A program made the position numbers and the translations under genes. A stretch of 64,000 bases of DNA from Sphagnum compactum (Eukaryota). Every line of letters begins with the position of its first letter. Position 1 is the first letter of the stretch. Shown piece by piece: positions 1 to 11,731 of this stretch. Location: the NCBI GenBank assembly GCA_965153455.1, contig OZ234493.1, positions 19,520,213 to 19,584,212 of the forward strand. Reading direction: 5' to 3'. The notes below the pieces were generated by a model. It was given only the letters and a program-made list of their open reading frames with translations, made no database searches and was not told the DNA's origin.

Positions 1-1724
1 CAAAAAAAATATTTAGGCATGTTTTCATCATCATCATATCTAGAGAAGAATTGGATGTTTCTAATTTACGACAAGTACATAGTTCACATTCATCAATACT
101 AATAAAAATTAAAATCCTTTGATTTTGAATAGGATTGTTTCTTGAGGTTGAAGTCACAAGAGCGACCACATTCTATAACCAACGCAGGCAATGTACAAGA
201 AAAAACCCACCTAATTCACTAAAACAAACTTAAGGAATTTCTTCTATCGTCTCTATATACAACATCACTCCATACAAGCTGCAAGAACCCAATCCACCGT
301 TGTCATTATAAAATTGCCGTCATATATATGTACTGTACTCTTGCTATAGTTTACAGCTTCCTACTGTGAATGCACATTTATGAGTGCTCGAAGGCACATG
401 TCCCAGTTGCTTAAGGAGTTTCCTAAGCACACATTTACATACGCCTCAAGTGAAAATGTTTTCTTTTTGACGAATTTTTGCACCACAGCCACAGAAACAA
501 TCTAGTGCTACTCATGCAAAGGATTTTTGCAAGGGGAAAAAAAAGCGAATTTTTTCAGATTTTTTGGACTTTTAGTTTTGTTTAAATTTTAATTAAATTA
601 TTTTTAATTTTTAATTTTAAAAAATTCCCCCTGAAATCACGGTATTTAAACAATAGGTTCCAGCAAGCCTCCAAAGTATATGAGGATTTTTAAATTTTTT
701 TACTTTCCTGTGTGACCCATAGCCAAAATTTGGCTAATTCCTCTTGTGGACGATCGGCAATGTGGTTACAACATCAAGAAATCCAGAATTTGTTGTCAAA
801 GCAAACATCAGCTTCAATAATGTATTTCTGGCAAAACCATATTCAGATTCATCAAAGAAGTCAAAGAAAATTTATGGCGAATGCAAACATCAGGTTCATG
901 AAAAAGCAATCCAAATAATTTGTGGAAAAAGAGCCCAAAAAAATCACATTCATCAAGCATAGCCTAATTAAAAAGAATTTCTTTTTTGACAAACCCAAAA
1001 TTCAAAATTCATTAAAAATAAATTAGGTTACAGAATTTCATCCTTCCGTCTTTTAGAAGCCAACAAGTTACAAAGACCCCTAACATTATATTTGCAATAT
1101 ACTTGTTAATGCAGATAGTACAAAGAGTAGGTACTGCTGCAATTTTTTTCCCCTTGTCTGCCCTTTGCCCCATTTTTTCCCAATTTTATGATAGGGGGGG
1201 ACAAAGACTGTTTGAACAAAAGAGAGAGAGAGAGTAAGAGGAGGAGGATTTGGGTTTTGGCTGGTCAGATGTTCCGGGTAGAGAAAAAAATAAAACTCTT
1301 GTCATATGTAGCTGAAGTTCATTACACAGTTTAGCCAAATTTGGCTGTAAACAGGATATGAATGAAAGTAAAAAAAGTCTAAGCATCCTTCCCATTTTTG
1401 GCTACCAGGCTAAAACCCAATAGAGAAATCTGGTGACTAGAAAACAAAAGAAAAACAGAAGTTTTTAGCCATTTTGAGAAAAATATTTAGCCCGGAAAAA
1501 AAACTTTGAACTTTGAAAAAGAGACAGACAGACAGAGAGACAGAAAAGGGTTTGGGTTTTGGCAGGTCAGATTTCCCGGGCAGAGAAAAAACCAAAAATA
1601 AAATTTTAAAAAATTGGTTATTAGTAAATTACCTATTCAGCCTGGCAATGAAAGGTAATTTTTTTCTCGCCATAATTTTGGCGTTTAGCGATTCGTCCCT
1701 AGTAGTAGTAGTTTTCGCCATCGC

Positions 1725-1801
1725 CACTGCTGCTGCTGCAGCTGCCGCAGCGGCTGCTGCAGTTTGCCTGCGCAGTTCACAGTCTTGTCCGTTGTCGCGG
1801 A

Positions 1802-1843
<42 letters not shown>

Positions 1844-2015
1844 CTTTCTTTCCGCTCTTGCTCTTGTTGCTGTGACGCTTTCTTTCTCTTCTGTTGCGAA
1901 CAGAACATGGCCTAGTTTGCAACTGTGCATTGTTCTTTGATCCCTGAGCTGAAAGAAAGAAGCTTGAGAGAGGGACACACATACACACACACGCGCGCGC
2001 ACACGCACACACATA
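1725..2015 (+). repeat. Microsatellite cluster ((GCT)n, (CT)n, (CA)n/(CG)n) in the probable 5' leader of the subtilase
   Basis: GCT/GCA runs ~1725-1760, (CT)n ~1807-1838 and CA/CG alternation ~1975-2015, directly upstream of the ATG. Confidence 0.85.
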
Positions 2016-2176
2016 CAGTGCATGTACTGGGTGGTGTTCATTGTGGGAGACTCTGCTGCCTCTGGTGTAGGAGAATCTGCTGCCGTGTAGCTGGCATTGA
2101 TATCCTGTTTGGAGCTTTTGGTGGGTCCATGGCTGCTGCGGTGATGAGAACAACAAGATCATCATCGAGCTGGCAA

Positions 2177-5100
2177 ATGCAGGTGCAATGGTGTCTGGTT
2201 TTGTGTTGGGTGGTACTTCTTCTTCTTGTGTTGGCCGTGCATGGAAAGGAAACAATGGAGAAGAAGAGTAGTAGTGGCGCCAGTACAGATGTCACGGAGA
2301 GTCTCGAGGTTTATATGGTGCTTGTGAGTGGTCAGCCTGTGGTTGCTTACAAGGGTGGTCTGTCAGACCTCAATGCCACAGCTCAATTGTTCACCCGGAG
2401 ATGGAAATCTCGCCATCGCACTAGGTATGGCTTGGAAACAAACAAACATGCGTATTGCGCCCAGAAACACATTCGAGAGCTTGTTTCTCCAAGTTTTGGT
2501 TTTGGGTTTTGGGTTTTTTTTGTTTCATCAGCTTCTGATCTGGTGATCACCTGGTGGATCCACTGCCCGTTCATTCATTCCTTCATTCATTCGTGGTGAA
2601 GAAGAAGTTACTGTTGTCTTTGGCTTGACTACAAACTGGGGTTTTGTTTGTGGCTGAATTTGAGCTCATGAGCTCTGGAAAGAATCATCCAATGAGCATT
2701 TGAGCCAGGGATGGCTTTTTCCCAAGTCCTTGGATCTGGGCAGAATATCCCAAATTTAGTAACCAGCAGTCTAAGATCTCACAGAATCCTCACCCAATCC
2801 TCATGCCCATTCATACCCATTGTCTTTGTGGAATCCTCACCTAATCCTCATACCCATCCATACCCATTCCTAGTTCTCATTGTCATTGTGAATATGCCAG
2901 GAGACACCAACAGATTCTTTGGCTTTTTCTGTTTGTTTGGAAACTCTCTAAGCTCTGAGAGTTGGGGTTTCTTGTGGCAGAGGCTCCAATGCTAGAGACT
3001 ACTCGGTGAAGAAGTACAGAGCTTACCTGACAAAGAAGCAGGACGAGCTTCTTGAGAGCTTCTTCAAAACCCACCGTCGCCCCTACACCAAGCTTTACAG
3101 CTATCATCACATTGTGAATGGTTTTGCTGTGGAGCTCACTGCTGAAGAAGTATGCTGCTTAGGTTACATTATTATTCTTATGTACCTAAGTCATTCTTAG
3201 GTCTCTCCATTTTGGCAGAATTTCTTCAGAAACTCTCTGCCATAGCCAAATGACATGAAGAACAGCAATGTGTGTAAGTTACAGTTTTTACTTGCAGCAA
3301 TCAAATCCACTTACATTTTGTGTTGGGTTGGGTTTCTGTGTGTGGCATTGATTGTGATGGGGAAAAACCCTCAAAGGCAGAGCTCCTTGGGAAGGAACCT
3401 GGTGTCATGCAAATTGAGAAGAGCTACAGAGTTCAAAAGGCAACAGTCCACACACCGGAGTATCTTGGACTACCCGAAGGCATATGGGCCCAGGAAGGTG
3501 GATTTCTTCGTGCAGGTGAGGACATTGTGATTGGTTTTGTGGACACTGGAATCGACCCAACACATCCAAGCTTTTCTGCCACAGGACAAAGCCCTTACAG
3601 ACCTCTCCGATCATACCGAGGAAAATGTGAAGTTGCTCCTGAGTTTCCTCTTGGTTCTTGCAATGGGAAGATCATTGGAGCCCAACACTTTGCTGCTGCT
3701 GCATCACAAGATGGCATGTTCAATGCTTCTCTTTATTTTGCCTCCCCCTTGGATGGCGATGGCCACGGAAGGTTTGTCCTCAAGTCCTGGGCATTCTATC
3801 AGATGCAAAGAAAGATGTGTCAAGGCTGGAAAATACTCGATCGCTAGCACATTGTGGACAATAGGCTATCCTTCTGCTGCATAGTACAAAGCACATATGT
3901 GCCTGGTATGTGGAGCGGCTGCTGGTTCTGCCCTTCCGTCAATGTCATGTTGCATTTTCCAGCCATGGACTTGTCGCTGCCAAGAGACAAGAAACCATAA
4001 TGGCATGATTTTGACAATTCTTGACTCAGTGCTTTCTTTGTTGACCCACAAGGTGGTTGGTGGTTGTGGAGCAGCTGAAAACTTCTGCTTCTGTAGCCAT
4101 TTGCAAACAGTACTGCATTTCTTTCATATGTTTGTGTCTCCAGATGTTAGAAGCTGACAATGTTTGATTGTGTTGTTGTCAGTCATACTGCTTCCACAGC
4201 CGCAGGAAACCATGGAGTGCCTGTACTAGTGAATGGTGTATTCTATGGGAATGCCAGTGGTATGGCACCGAGAGCTCGGTAAGACTATATGTTTGTCTGT
4301 TGATTGATCTACCTGTCAACAAACCCCGGCGCATATCTCTTGTCCATGTTTTGATTTTAGGTGGTGCTTCTTCTTGTACTCCATGGTTGCTGGTGTTACA
4401 TAAGATTCTTGAACACAGTTTTAGAGCTCAGTTACTGCCAACATGAAGAGAGATTGATCTGGATTCTAGATCCTGTGGCAGCAGCCCTAATACAGCTCTC
4501 TGTGTAATTTACCTCTAAATTCCTGAAGGAGCTGTTTTGTTTGAAACCAACAGGATTGCCATTTACAAGGCATTGTACCGCATAATCGGAGGTTTTATGC
4601 CAGACGTTGTCGCAGCATGTGATCAGGTAGTTCTCAGAACTTTTGTTGCAGTTGTTGCAGTTTCCCAATCAATCTGGTTTGGGAAATGGGGATTGCTTGA
4701 ATGTATGTGTTCTTTGAAGCTAAAGATTGAGAATCTTTTTCAGTTTCGGACTTTTGAACTTCTTCTACTGGTGGGTGGGTTCTAGAGGGTAACTTGATTG
4801 TTTTTTTTCTTGGGGCCAAGCAGGCGGTTGCTGATGGAGTTGATGTACTTAGTCTCTCACTGGCACCGAATAGCCCACCTCCCGGTTCTATCAGCACCTT
4901 TCTCAACATCTTGGATGTGGCACTTCTGAATGCAGTCAAGGCAAATGTCTTGGTTGTCCAGGCTGCTGGAAATGGGGGTCCTCATGAACAGACTGTTACT
5001 TCTTTCAGTCCTTGGATAATCTCTGTTGGTGCCGGTGTTGATGACAGATCATACCCAAATACGATAGTACTCAGTGACAAGACTGTTCTTCCCGGGACTT

Positions 5101-7211
5101 TGTTGGCACGTAAGTAGTAAACTCTTCAAACAAAGGGAGGTTTTATTCAAGTAATGTGATCTGGTTGCATGGCAATGATACTTATGGTTTTGGTTGTTGT
5201 TCATGTACAATATGCAGCTCCAACAAAAGGCCCAATTTTCTATGACCTCATATTAGCAAATGATGCAGTTCAAGGTGAAGGCAACCCACTCTATTCTCCG
5301 AGTGACTGTCAAGTGCCTTCAATCTTTAACAAACCTTTGGTGCAAGGGAAACTTTTGATCTGTATCTACTCATTCAACTTTGTGTTTGGAGGCGCATCAA
5401 TGCAACAAGTGGTGACGACACTTGAAGCTTTAGGAGCAGCTGGTCTAGTCATGGTGGTGGAGTCAGATTCTGCAGGAAGCATGTTTACTCCCATTCCTCT
5501 GACAATGCCAGGCATTGTCCTTGTAGATGCAATGCATTCTGAGGCAAACACTCTTGTCCTTGATCCTGATCTTGCATCCTAAACCCAAATCACAAACTAG
5601 ATCAATTGGGAGCGAAACCTAAACCTTCCATTAAATACCTAATCCTCTGATTTTGCATGCACTGAATCACATTGTGAGGTTGGTTGAAGAATCCACTTGT
5701 AATTTTGCTGCAAATTGTGGTCTGACAGGCTTTGCTCACATATTATAGTAAAAGAACAGTCAAGGATGCGACTGGCAAGCCTGTTCAATTCGGAGCTCAA
5801 GCTAGAATTGGGGGTGGCCAGATTGCCACTTACAGTGGCCAAGGACAACAAGTGGCACTGTTTTCTTCAAGGGGACCAGACATGAAGGATTTCAATTTCA
5901 ACCAGGCGGATGTCTTAAAGCCTAATATCTTGGCACCCGGATACCTGATATGGGGAGCATGGACTCCTATTGGAATTGATAGCCCTAATTACATAGGTGA
6001 GCTGAACCCATTATTATGCACATCCAGCAAAAAAACTTGAAAAAAAAAAGACTGTAACATGCCCCTTTTTGCTGCATATGTGGTTGCACTGATTTTGGGC
6101 ACACTGATTTGATATGTAAATGGGTTTTAGGCCAGAGATGGGCAATGATGTCAGGGACGAGTATGGCGACACCGCATGTGGCTGGTCTTGCAGCATTACT
6201 GAAAGAGAAGTACCCTCTTTGGAGCCCAGCAGCACTTGCCTCAGCACTGGTAACCACTGCAGACCTAGAGGATTCACGGGGCATACCTCTTCAAGCTCAG
6301 CAAATCTCTGGAAGCTCTGCACCTTCATTGCAACCTGCCACACCTTTTGATATGGGTGGTGGTGCACTTAACATAAATGCTGCTGCCAATCCGGGTATTA
6401 TCTTTGATGCAGGTCAGTAATAATTCTTTGTTTCTCTCTGCTTTTACAAATGAAATTTGCACAATTGTGAGCATCGTCTTTTTTTTTGGGTGAATTTCCA
6501 GTGTGACTCATACAAAGGATTTTTGTGAAAAAAATGTGCCAAAGTCACTAGATTTCGAGGAATGTTTTTTTTCCCATTTTAAGACAATTGGTTCCAGTAG
6601 ATTGCCAAAGTATAGCACGATTCTTAAAATTTTCTACTTTCCTCTCTGACATGTATCCAAATTTGGCTAATTCCTCTTTTGGATGACCACAAAATTGAAA
6701 ACCCTAAACCTTAAATTCTTGGAGCTCAAAACCATCCAGTGCTGGCTGATCTAATTCAGATTGCTTGGGTAAAATTATGTTGGGAACAGGAGAAGCTGAT
6801 TATGTTGCATTTCTATGCTCTGCGGAGGGGGCAACTCGTGAGCAAATCTTTGCATCAACAGGTGGCATGTGCCCAAGTCTACTGGGACGATCCACAGATC
6901 TCAACACTCCATCGATCACTCTTGCCTGTCTGAATGGCACCCAGATTCTCTTCAGGACAGTCACAAATGTTGCCAACAACATTGAAACTTACACAATTAC
7001 TTGGACTAGTCCAGCCGACGTTGCAGTTGCCATTGCTCCTGTGACCTTCACTGTTGGTGGTGCTGGTGAACAACAGTCTCAACAGATCACATTCACTTTG
7101 CGAGCTACTGGCGTTTCAACTGTCTCTTCTTTCGGACGTGTTACATTTGTTGGGAATTTAGGTCATCAAATACACATTCCAATCTCTGTTACAAATAAGA
7201 ATCTGGAATAA
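2177..7211 (+). CDS. Subtilisin-like serine protease (S8A, SBT2.5/SBT2.6-like), 10 exons, ~854 aa, intact
   Basis: Exons joined by hand with consistent phase: 2177-2424, 2981-3149, 3377-3771, 4183-4278, 4554-4626, 4824-5109, 5218-5543, 5729-5996, 6131-6412, 6790-7211 (2565 nt, ends TAA). Signal peptide (WCLVLCWVVLLLLVLAVHG) and I9 propeptide (KLYSYHHIVNGFAV...TVHTPEYLGL). Catalytic triad GFVDTGIDP / DGHGSHTAS / SGTSMATPH, oxyanion AAGN, PA-like insert, C-terminal Fn3-like region (DLNTPSI...RTVTNV). Alternative in-frame ATG at 2129. Confidence 0.93.
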
Positions 7212-7299
7212 AATATGATTTTCTTCTTTTGATATGAAAAATCAAACCCAGAAATTAGTCAGTCTCATTTTGGGGTTTTTACTGAGAATCTTTTTCTCC

Positions 7300-7506
7300 A
7301 TTTTCTGATGTAGTGGTGATCATCCACAAGAAGAATTAGCCAAATGTGGCTACATGTCAGAGATGAAAGTAGATCATTTAAAGAGCCCTACTTTATTTCG
7401 GTGAATTGCTGGAACGTATTGTCTAAATATGGCAATTTCAGAAAAAAAAATCTTTGAAATGTGGCAGACTCCAGCAGATTTTTTTCACAAAAATCCTTTG
7501 TATGAA
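7300..7506. repeat. Copy of a dispersed ~200-300 bp repeat family marked by the palindrome TAGCCAAATTTGGCTA
   Basis: Related copies in both orientations at ~470-770, 1320-1500, 6490-6690, 21770-22000, 31430-31790, 33130-33340, 34270-34430 and 55490-55611 + 58286-58370. Confidence 0.8.
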
Positions 7507-7978
7507 AGAATGGAGGTAACTTTTTCATTCATCCTCTCTAATGTAGTAACCTGCGGTTTACCAAGGGTTCCCAGATTTTAGGGTTTGAGTTTAGGAAAAC
7601 TGGGTTGCCATAGAATGTATGATGTTGGTATACAAGTCATGCGAGGTCAGGACTTGTTTGAGTCCGATATTAACATGTTCATATTGAAGGCAAAATCAAA
7701 TTCAGGTCACACCATTCATGTGAAGGTCAGAAAATAAATGTTCAAAGTTTGCAGAAATCAGTTCGCTAGGAAACAAGAGCAACATCTGTTGCCAAGCCTG
7801 TTATTTGCTAGGGCACTGTATTCTGATATATTCACACAAGCAGTGATTGTTTAAATCCTTCATCTTGCCTGGCCCACAGCAAATGGCCAGCAGCGCAGAA
7901 TACAGTCTCCTCGAGCAAGCACTGCCTTTCTTTTCAATTTGGGAACGGTTCCAAATCACAATTTCGAGCAACACATTA

Positions 7979-10900
7979 TTAATCTATGCACGACTGACGG
8001 AGCAAAGCTTTGACCTTTTCCTCTTTGCAGTGTGCCCGCAGCTTGCGCAAACTCAAGTCTTTGACACCTTTGTGCCCAGGATTCTCCTTATCTGAGCACC
8101 TGAGAGGTGTCTCCTTGCTTTTAGGCAGTCTTACATTCAAAGGAATGTCCTTTAAAACACCAGGATTTTGCTGCATCCATAGAAGACATACCATTTTCAT
8201 TAAGTGTTTGGAAAAAGGAAAAGACTATGAGAAAACACTCAAGAGTGCAAAGTGCTTTGGATATGTGATGCTAGATGTGATGATGATTTTGACCATGCTT
8301 CTCACCTTTTTCCTCTCCTTGCAATGAGCATGTGGTTTACGCAAGGTTGTGTCCTCCAGATCCTTGTGTCTAGAGTTGTGCTTGTGTACTAATTGTCCAG
8401 CTTCCAAAGCAGCTCCAAGGATTTGTCTCTCCTTTCTACTGGTGGAATCTAAAACCAGCATCTCCCCACCAACAGACTGTTTCAGTTCATTAGATGTCTC
8501 ATTCCTGGCATTTGCCACCTCAGATTGACTAGAGTCTCCAGGAATCTTTGTGTGTGCAGCACTCTCTGCCTTCCATTCTGCATACTTGGACAGAATCCCA
8601 GTGGCCTTTGCTATAGTTGCATCAAGTTGTAGCTGGATCCTTGACAAAGGACTAATTTCTGCAGGAGCAGTCAGAACCTGGATGGGCACAGAAACCATCT
8701 CCAATGCATTGAGTGTTGAAGATGTCACTGAAGAGCTCTCCATCTGTGCCAGACCCAGAATGTCTGGTTCTCTGGCACTTTCATGATCCATGCCAGCACT
8801 CCCATTGCTGTTTCTCATGCCCAATAACTCCGTATGTAAGGCAACATTACTGACAGCATGTTCTGGATCTGGTTTCATGCTCTTCATTTCTACTAAATCT
8901 TGCAATATTTCTTTGGCTGCTTCTTCACCCACACAACCAGGTTTTGCATCCAAAGTAGCATTTTGAGCATCAAACACTACAGGCAGTACTGTCTCTGTCT
9001 GTAACAGCGCCACAGGATCCACCATTGGCACACTGTCACTTGTTTGTTTGCCAAGCAGGTCCTCAAATGTATCAAAAGCACTTTCCAGATCCAATTCTTC
9101 TGGTAATACCCCTGGTAATACTCTCTCCATCTGCAACAGCAGTCCTTGAGCATCTCCATGATCCAACTTTATTTCACTGTCATCTGGTTTTCTGCTGATA
9201 TCCTCCATGACGTCCAAGGCATCAGCTGTCAAAGACATCTCCAAAACCTCCATCTGCGGCAGATCATGAATGTAGTAATCCATCTCTGTCTTCCATTTGC
9301 TGTCTCTAATACCCAGCAGCTCCTCATGTAGTGCAGTATTGGTGACAACAAGTTCTGCAGCTGGATTCAAGCTCTCCACTTGCTGCAGTGAACCCTGCAC
9401 AACTTTGTCAGCCTCTTCACCACCAGCAGATCCACGTTTTGCATCTTCAAACTGGGTTGTTGGGCTTGCAGTTTTGACATCAAATTCTTGTGGAACACTT
9501 GTCTCCATCTTCAATTGCTGTTGAGTTTCATCAAGCTCCAACTTCAATGGCTCCTCACATTGTGAAGCAGTCTGAGTGATAGATTGTGTAGAGGAGGATA
9601 TGCTTCCTACCTGCAATCGCCCACCACCAAGAAGCTCCTTGTACACATCAAGATTCTCAACTTCCAGTCTCATGGGTGATGATGAAGGTCTCTCCACTTC
9701 AACCCAATTCTTCTGTTCAGGTTTGATGGCCTTGAACTCAGTTTCTGTGTACAACATGCTCTCCAGTTGCTGCTCCTTGTTCCCTCCTTCCTGTACAGCA
9801 CCATTGGAGGAAAGTAGGGTTGCTGCTGCTGTTACCCCTGCTGATGCTTTCAAGGTTGGAGGCTCTGCACTCGAGACATTGAACCCTGCAGAAATGTCTG
9901 CCAAAGGAGACATTTTCCTGGATTTTGTAGTAGCCTCCTTGGTCATACCACCAATCTCATGGGAGCTCCTCTTTGGTGCCTTGCAGCCAAGCATATTGCT
10001 CCGTGTTACCAACACTGCAGTGCATAGATAGCAGAGTCAGATGGTCACCAAAGAGTAAGGCTTGTCAGGTTCATCCTTTCTTGGTGGGCATGCTCTGCTG
10101 CCTTCCTCAACAGACTCCGAATGTAATCCTCTTCTTCTTCTTCCCAACATGCTATAGCACACTAAGAAAAAGACCGTTCTGCTGTTGAGGCAAGAATCTA
10201 TTTCACATGAGGACATGTGAAGAAACCATCATAGAACAGAGTGCAAAAGGATGAGAGCAACAAAGACATGCACCTTGTTTTTCTGTAGCAAGATTACTAT
10301 GACACTTCTCCTCAGGAATAGAGTAAAGCTGTCTGTCATTTTTCTTCAAACCGCGCCTCAAGGGAGTTGTATTCGGTTGCGGGAATCCCAATACCCTCTC
10401 ACCACTTGAGGAGGAGTGTATAGAACTCGGTTTCTCACTGCTGCGTCTAGCTAATGAAGAAGAAGAGGACGACTTTAAGGTGCCTGAGAGTATCAAGGAC
10501 GCCAATGAAGTCTCGGGAATGTCGGACTTCTTCTCGCCTCTGGCCTTCATGATCGTGGTCTTCGTCACCCCCAGAAACTGTGACTTCGCAGTAGCCTTTC
10601 GCTTTGTGCTCTGTACCTTCTGCAAACCACTCTGGAGGTCGATTGCCATGCAGCATTTCAGGAAAGAAATCATTTGCATCAGCAGGATTCGCATCTATCT
10701 GAAAGCAAATCTGCTAACTTATATCAAAATGATTCTGATATGGTGAAGCTCATGCAGATTTGCAAGCTCCTATAGAAGATCCGCACACAAAAACCCCACA
10801 AAACATCATCTCACAGGAAGAATAGGAAGAAAACCAGACAGAATGAAGCCAACCAGAAGCTAGAGAGGAAGCATCTTTTGCAATCCTAGCCGAGATGCAA

Positions 10901-11071
10901 AAGCTCTTCATGCAGAGGGAGCGCGAGGGGGAGTGGACTTACTGAAGAAGAAGAAGAGAGGCAGGCAGAGAGTGCATCGGCCATGGCGAGGTTAGTTTTG
11001 TTGGCTGGCAAGCTGTGCTGCTTGCACAAAGCCTGCAGCTCCTTCCTGGGCATCTTGTAAAGTTCCAACAT
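7979..11071 (-). CDS. Large acidic, probably disordered protein with N-terminal SAP/HeH-like motif (~790 aa); function unknown
   Basis: Exons 11071-10943 (MLELYKMPRKELQALCKQHSLPANKTNLAMADAL; donor GTAAGT), 10619-10274, 10014-8306 (within the 596-codon ORF) and 8170-8015/7979; phases are consistent. The last exon is uncertain: either a donor at 8014 or the stop at 7979. An extra small exon near 10050-10150 cannot be excluded. Confidence 0.75.
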
Positions 11072-11074
11072 CCC

Positions 11075-11083
11075 TCACATCAT
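11075..11083 (-). promoter_or_regulatory. Minimal upstream ORF ATG-ATG-TGA ending 3 nt before the main ATG
   Basis: Minus strand reads ttt ATG ATG TGA ggg ATG TTG GAA; the main ATG is at 11071. Confidence 0.5.
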
Positions 11084-11095
11084 AAAAATCCCTCA

Positions 11096-11731
11096 CCGTT
11101 GCACACAAAACTCTCGATCTCTCTCGTCCTCTGTAGTCCTCTCTCGATATCTGTCGATCTCCCTCGACTTCGTTCTCGGTTTTTCTCGACTTCCTTCTCG
11201 CAAACCTTCTTCACAAAGCTTGATTGTTACATTTGCAAAAAGAGTTTTAGAAATCTAAAAATTTGTAAAAAACATTCACCAGTTTCGACAACACTAGGCT
11301 AGTAGTACCACCAAAAGTGATCACAAATGCACCAACAACACAGCAATTCTTGTGTTCGCAATCTTGTTCTCTTCCTCGCTTCTCGTGTCGCACTCCGGGG
11401 CCTCCGTAGCATCGTCACGCTTGCGCGAGGACAGGCTTCAACGGCGCGCAGAATGTTCAAAGCCCGTTTGCGCAGTTACAGGACCCACCTGGTAGGTAGG
11501 TAGCTACCGACCTACCCCCTAGCTTTCTGCCTGCCTACCTACCTACCTAGAGCCAACGGTCGAGTGCTGCGAACAAAAAACCCCGCCCAAAAATTTGAAT
11601 TCCAAAACACACTGGATGATAACATCCAATGAATGGATGAAAGAACGAGTGACGCATGGGATGAAACCGGTTTCACATTTGGTGAACCTGTTCTTTTGGT
11701 GAAAGTGTTTAGACTGTTTAGATTGGAACGG
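11096..11731 (-). promoter_or_regulatory. Putative G2/M promoter: MSA-core (AACGG) cluster plus a TTTGAA element
   Basis: AACGG/CCGTT at 11096, 11440, 11464, 11555 (GCCAACGGTC) and 11727. CCCGCCCAAAAATTTGAA at ~11582-11599. All lie in the GC-richer region upstream of the SAP-like gene. Confidence 0.5.

Noticed and set aside
1513-2295. ORFs of 118-208 aa on both strands upstream of and overlapping subtilase exon 1
   Set aside because: They are produced by (CT)n, (CA)n and (GCT)n microsatellites and by antisense to real coding sequence.
9576-10031. 151-aa plus-strand ORF
   Set aside because: It is the antisense shadow of the 596-codon minus-strand exon.
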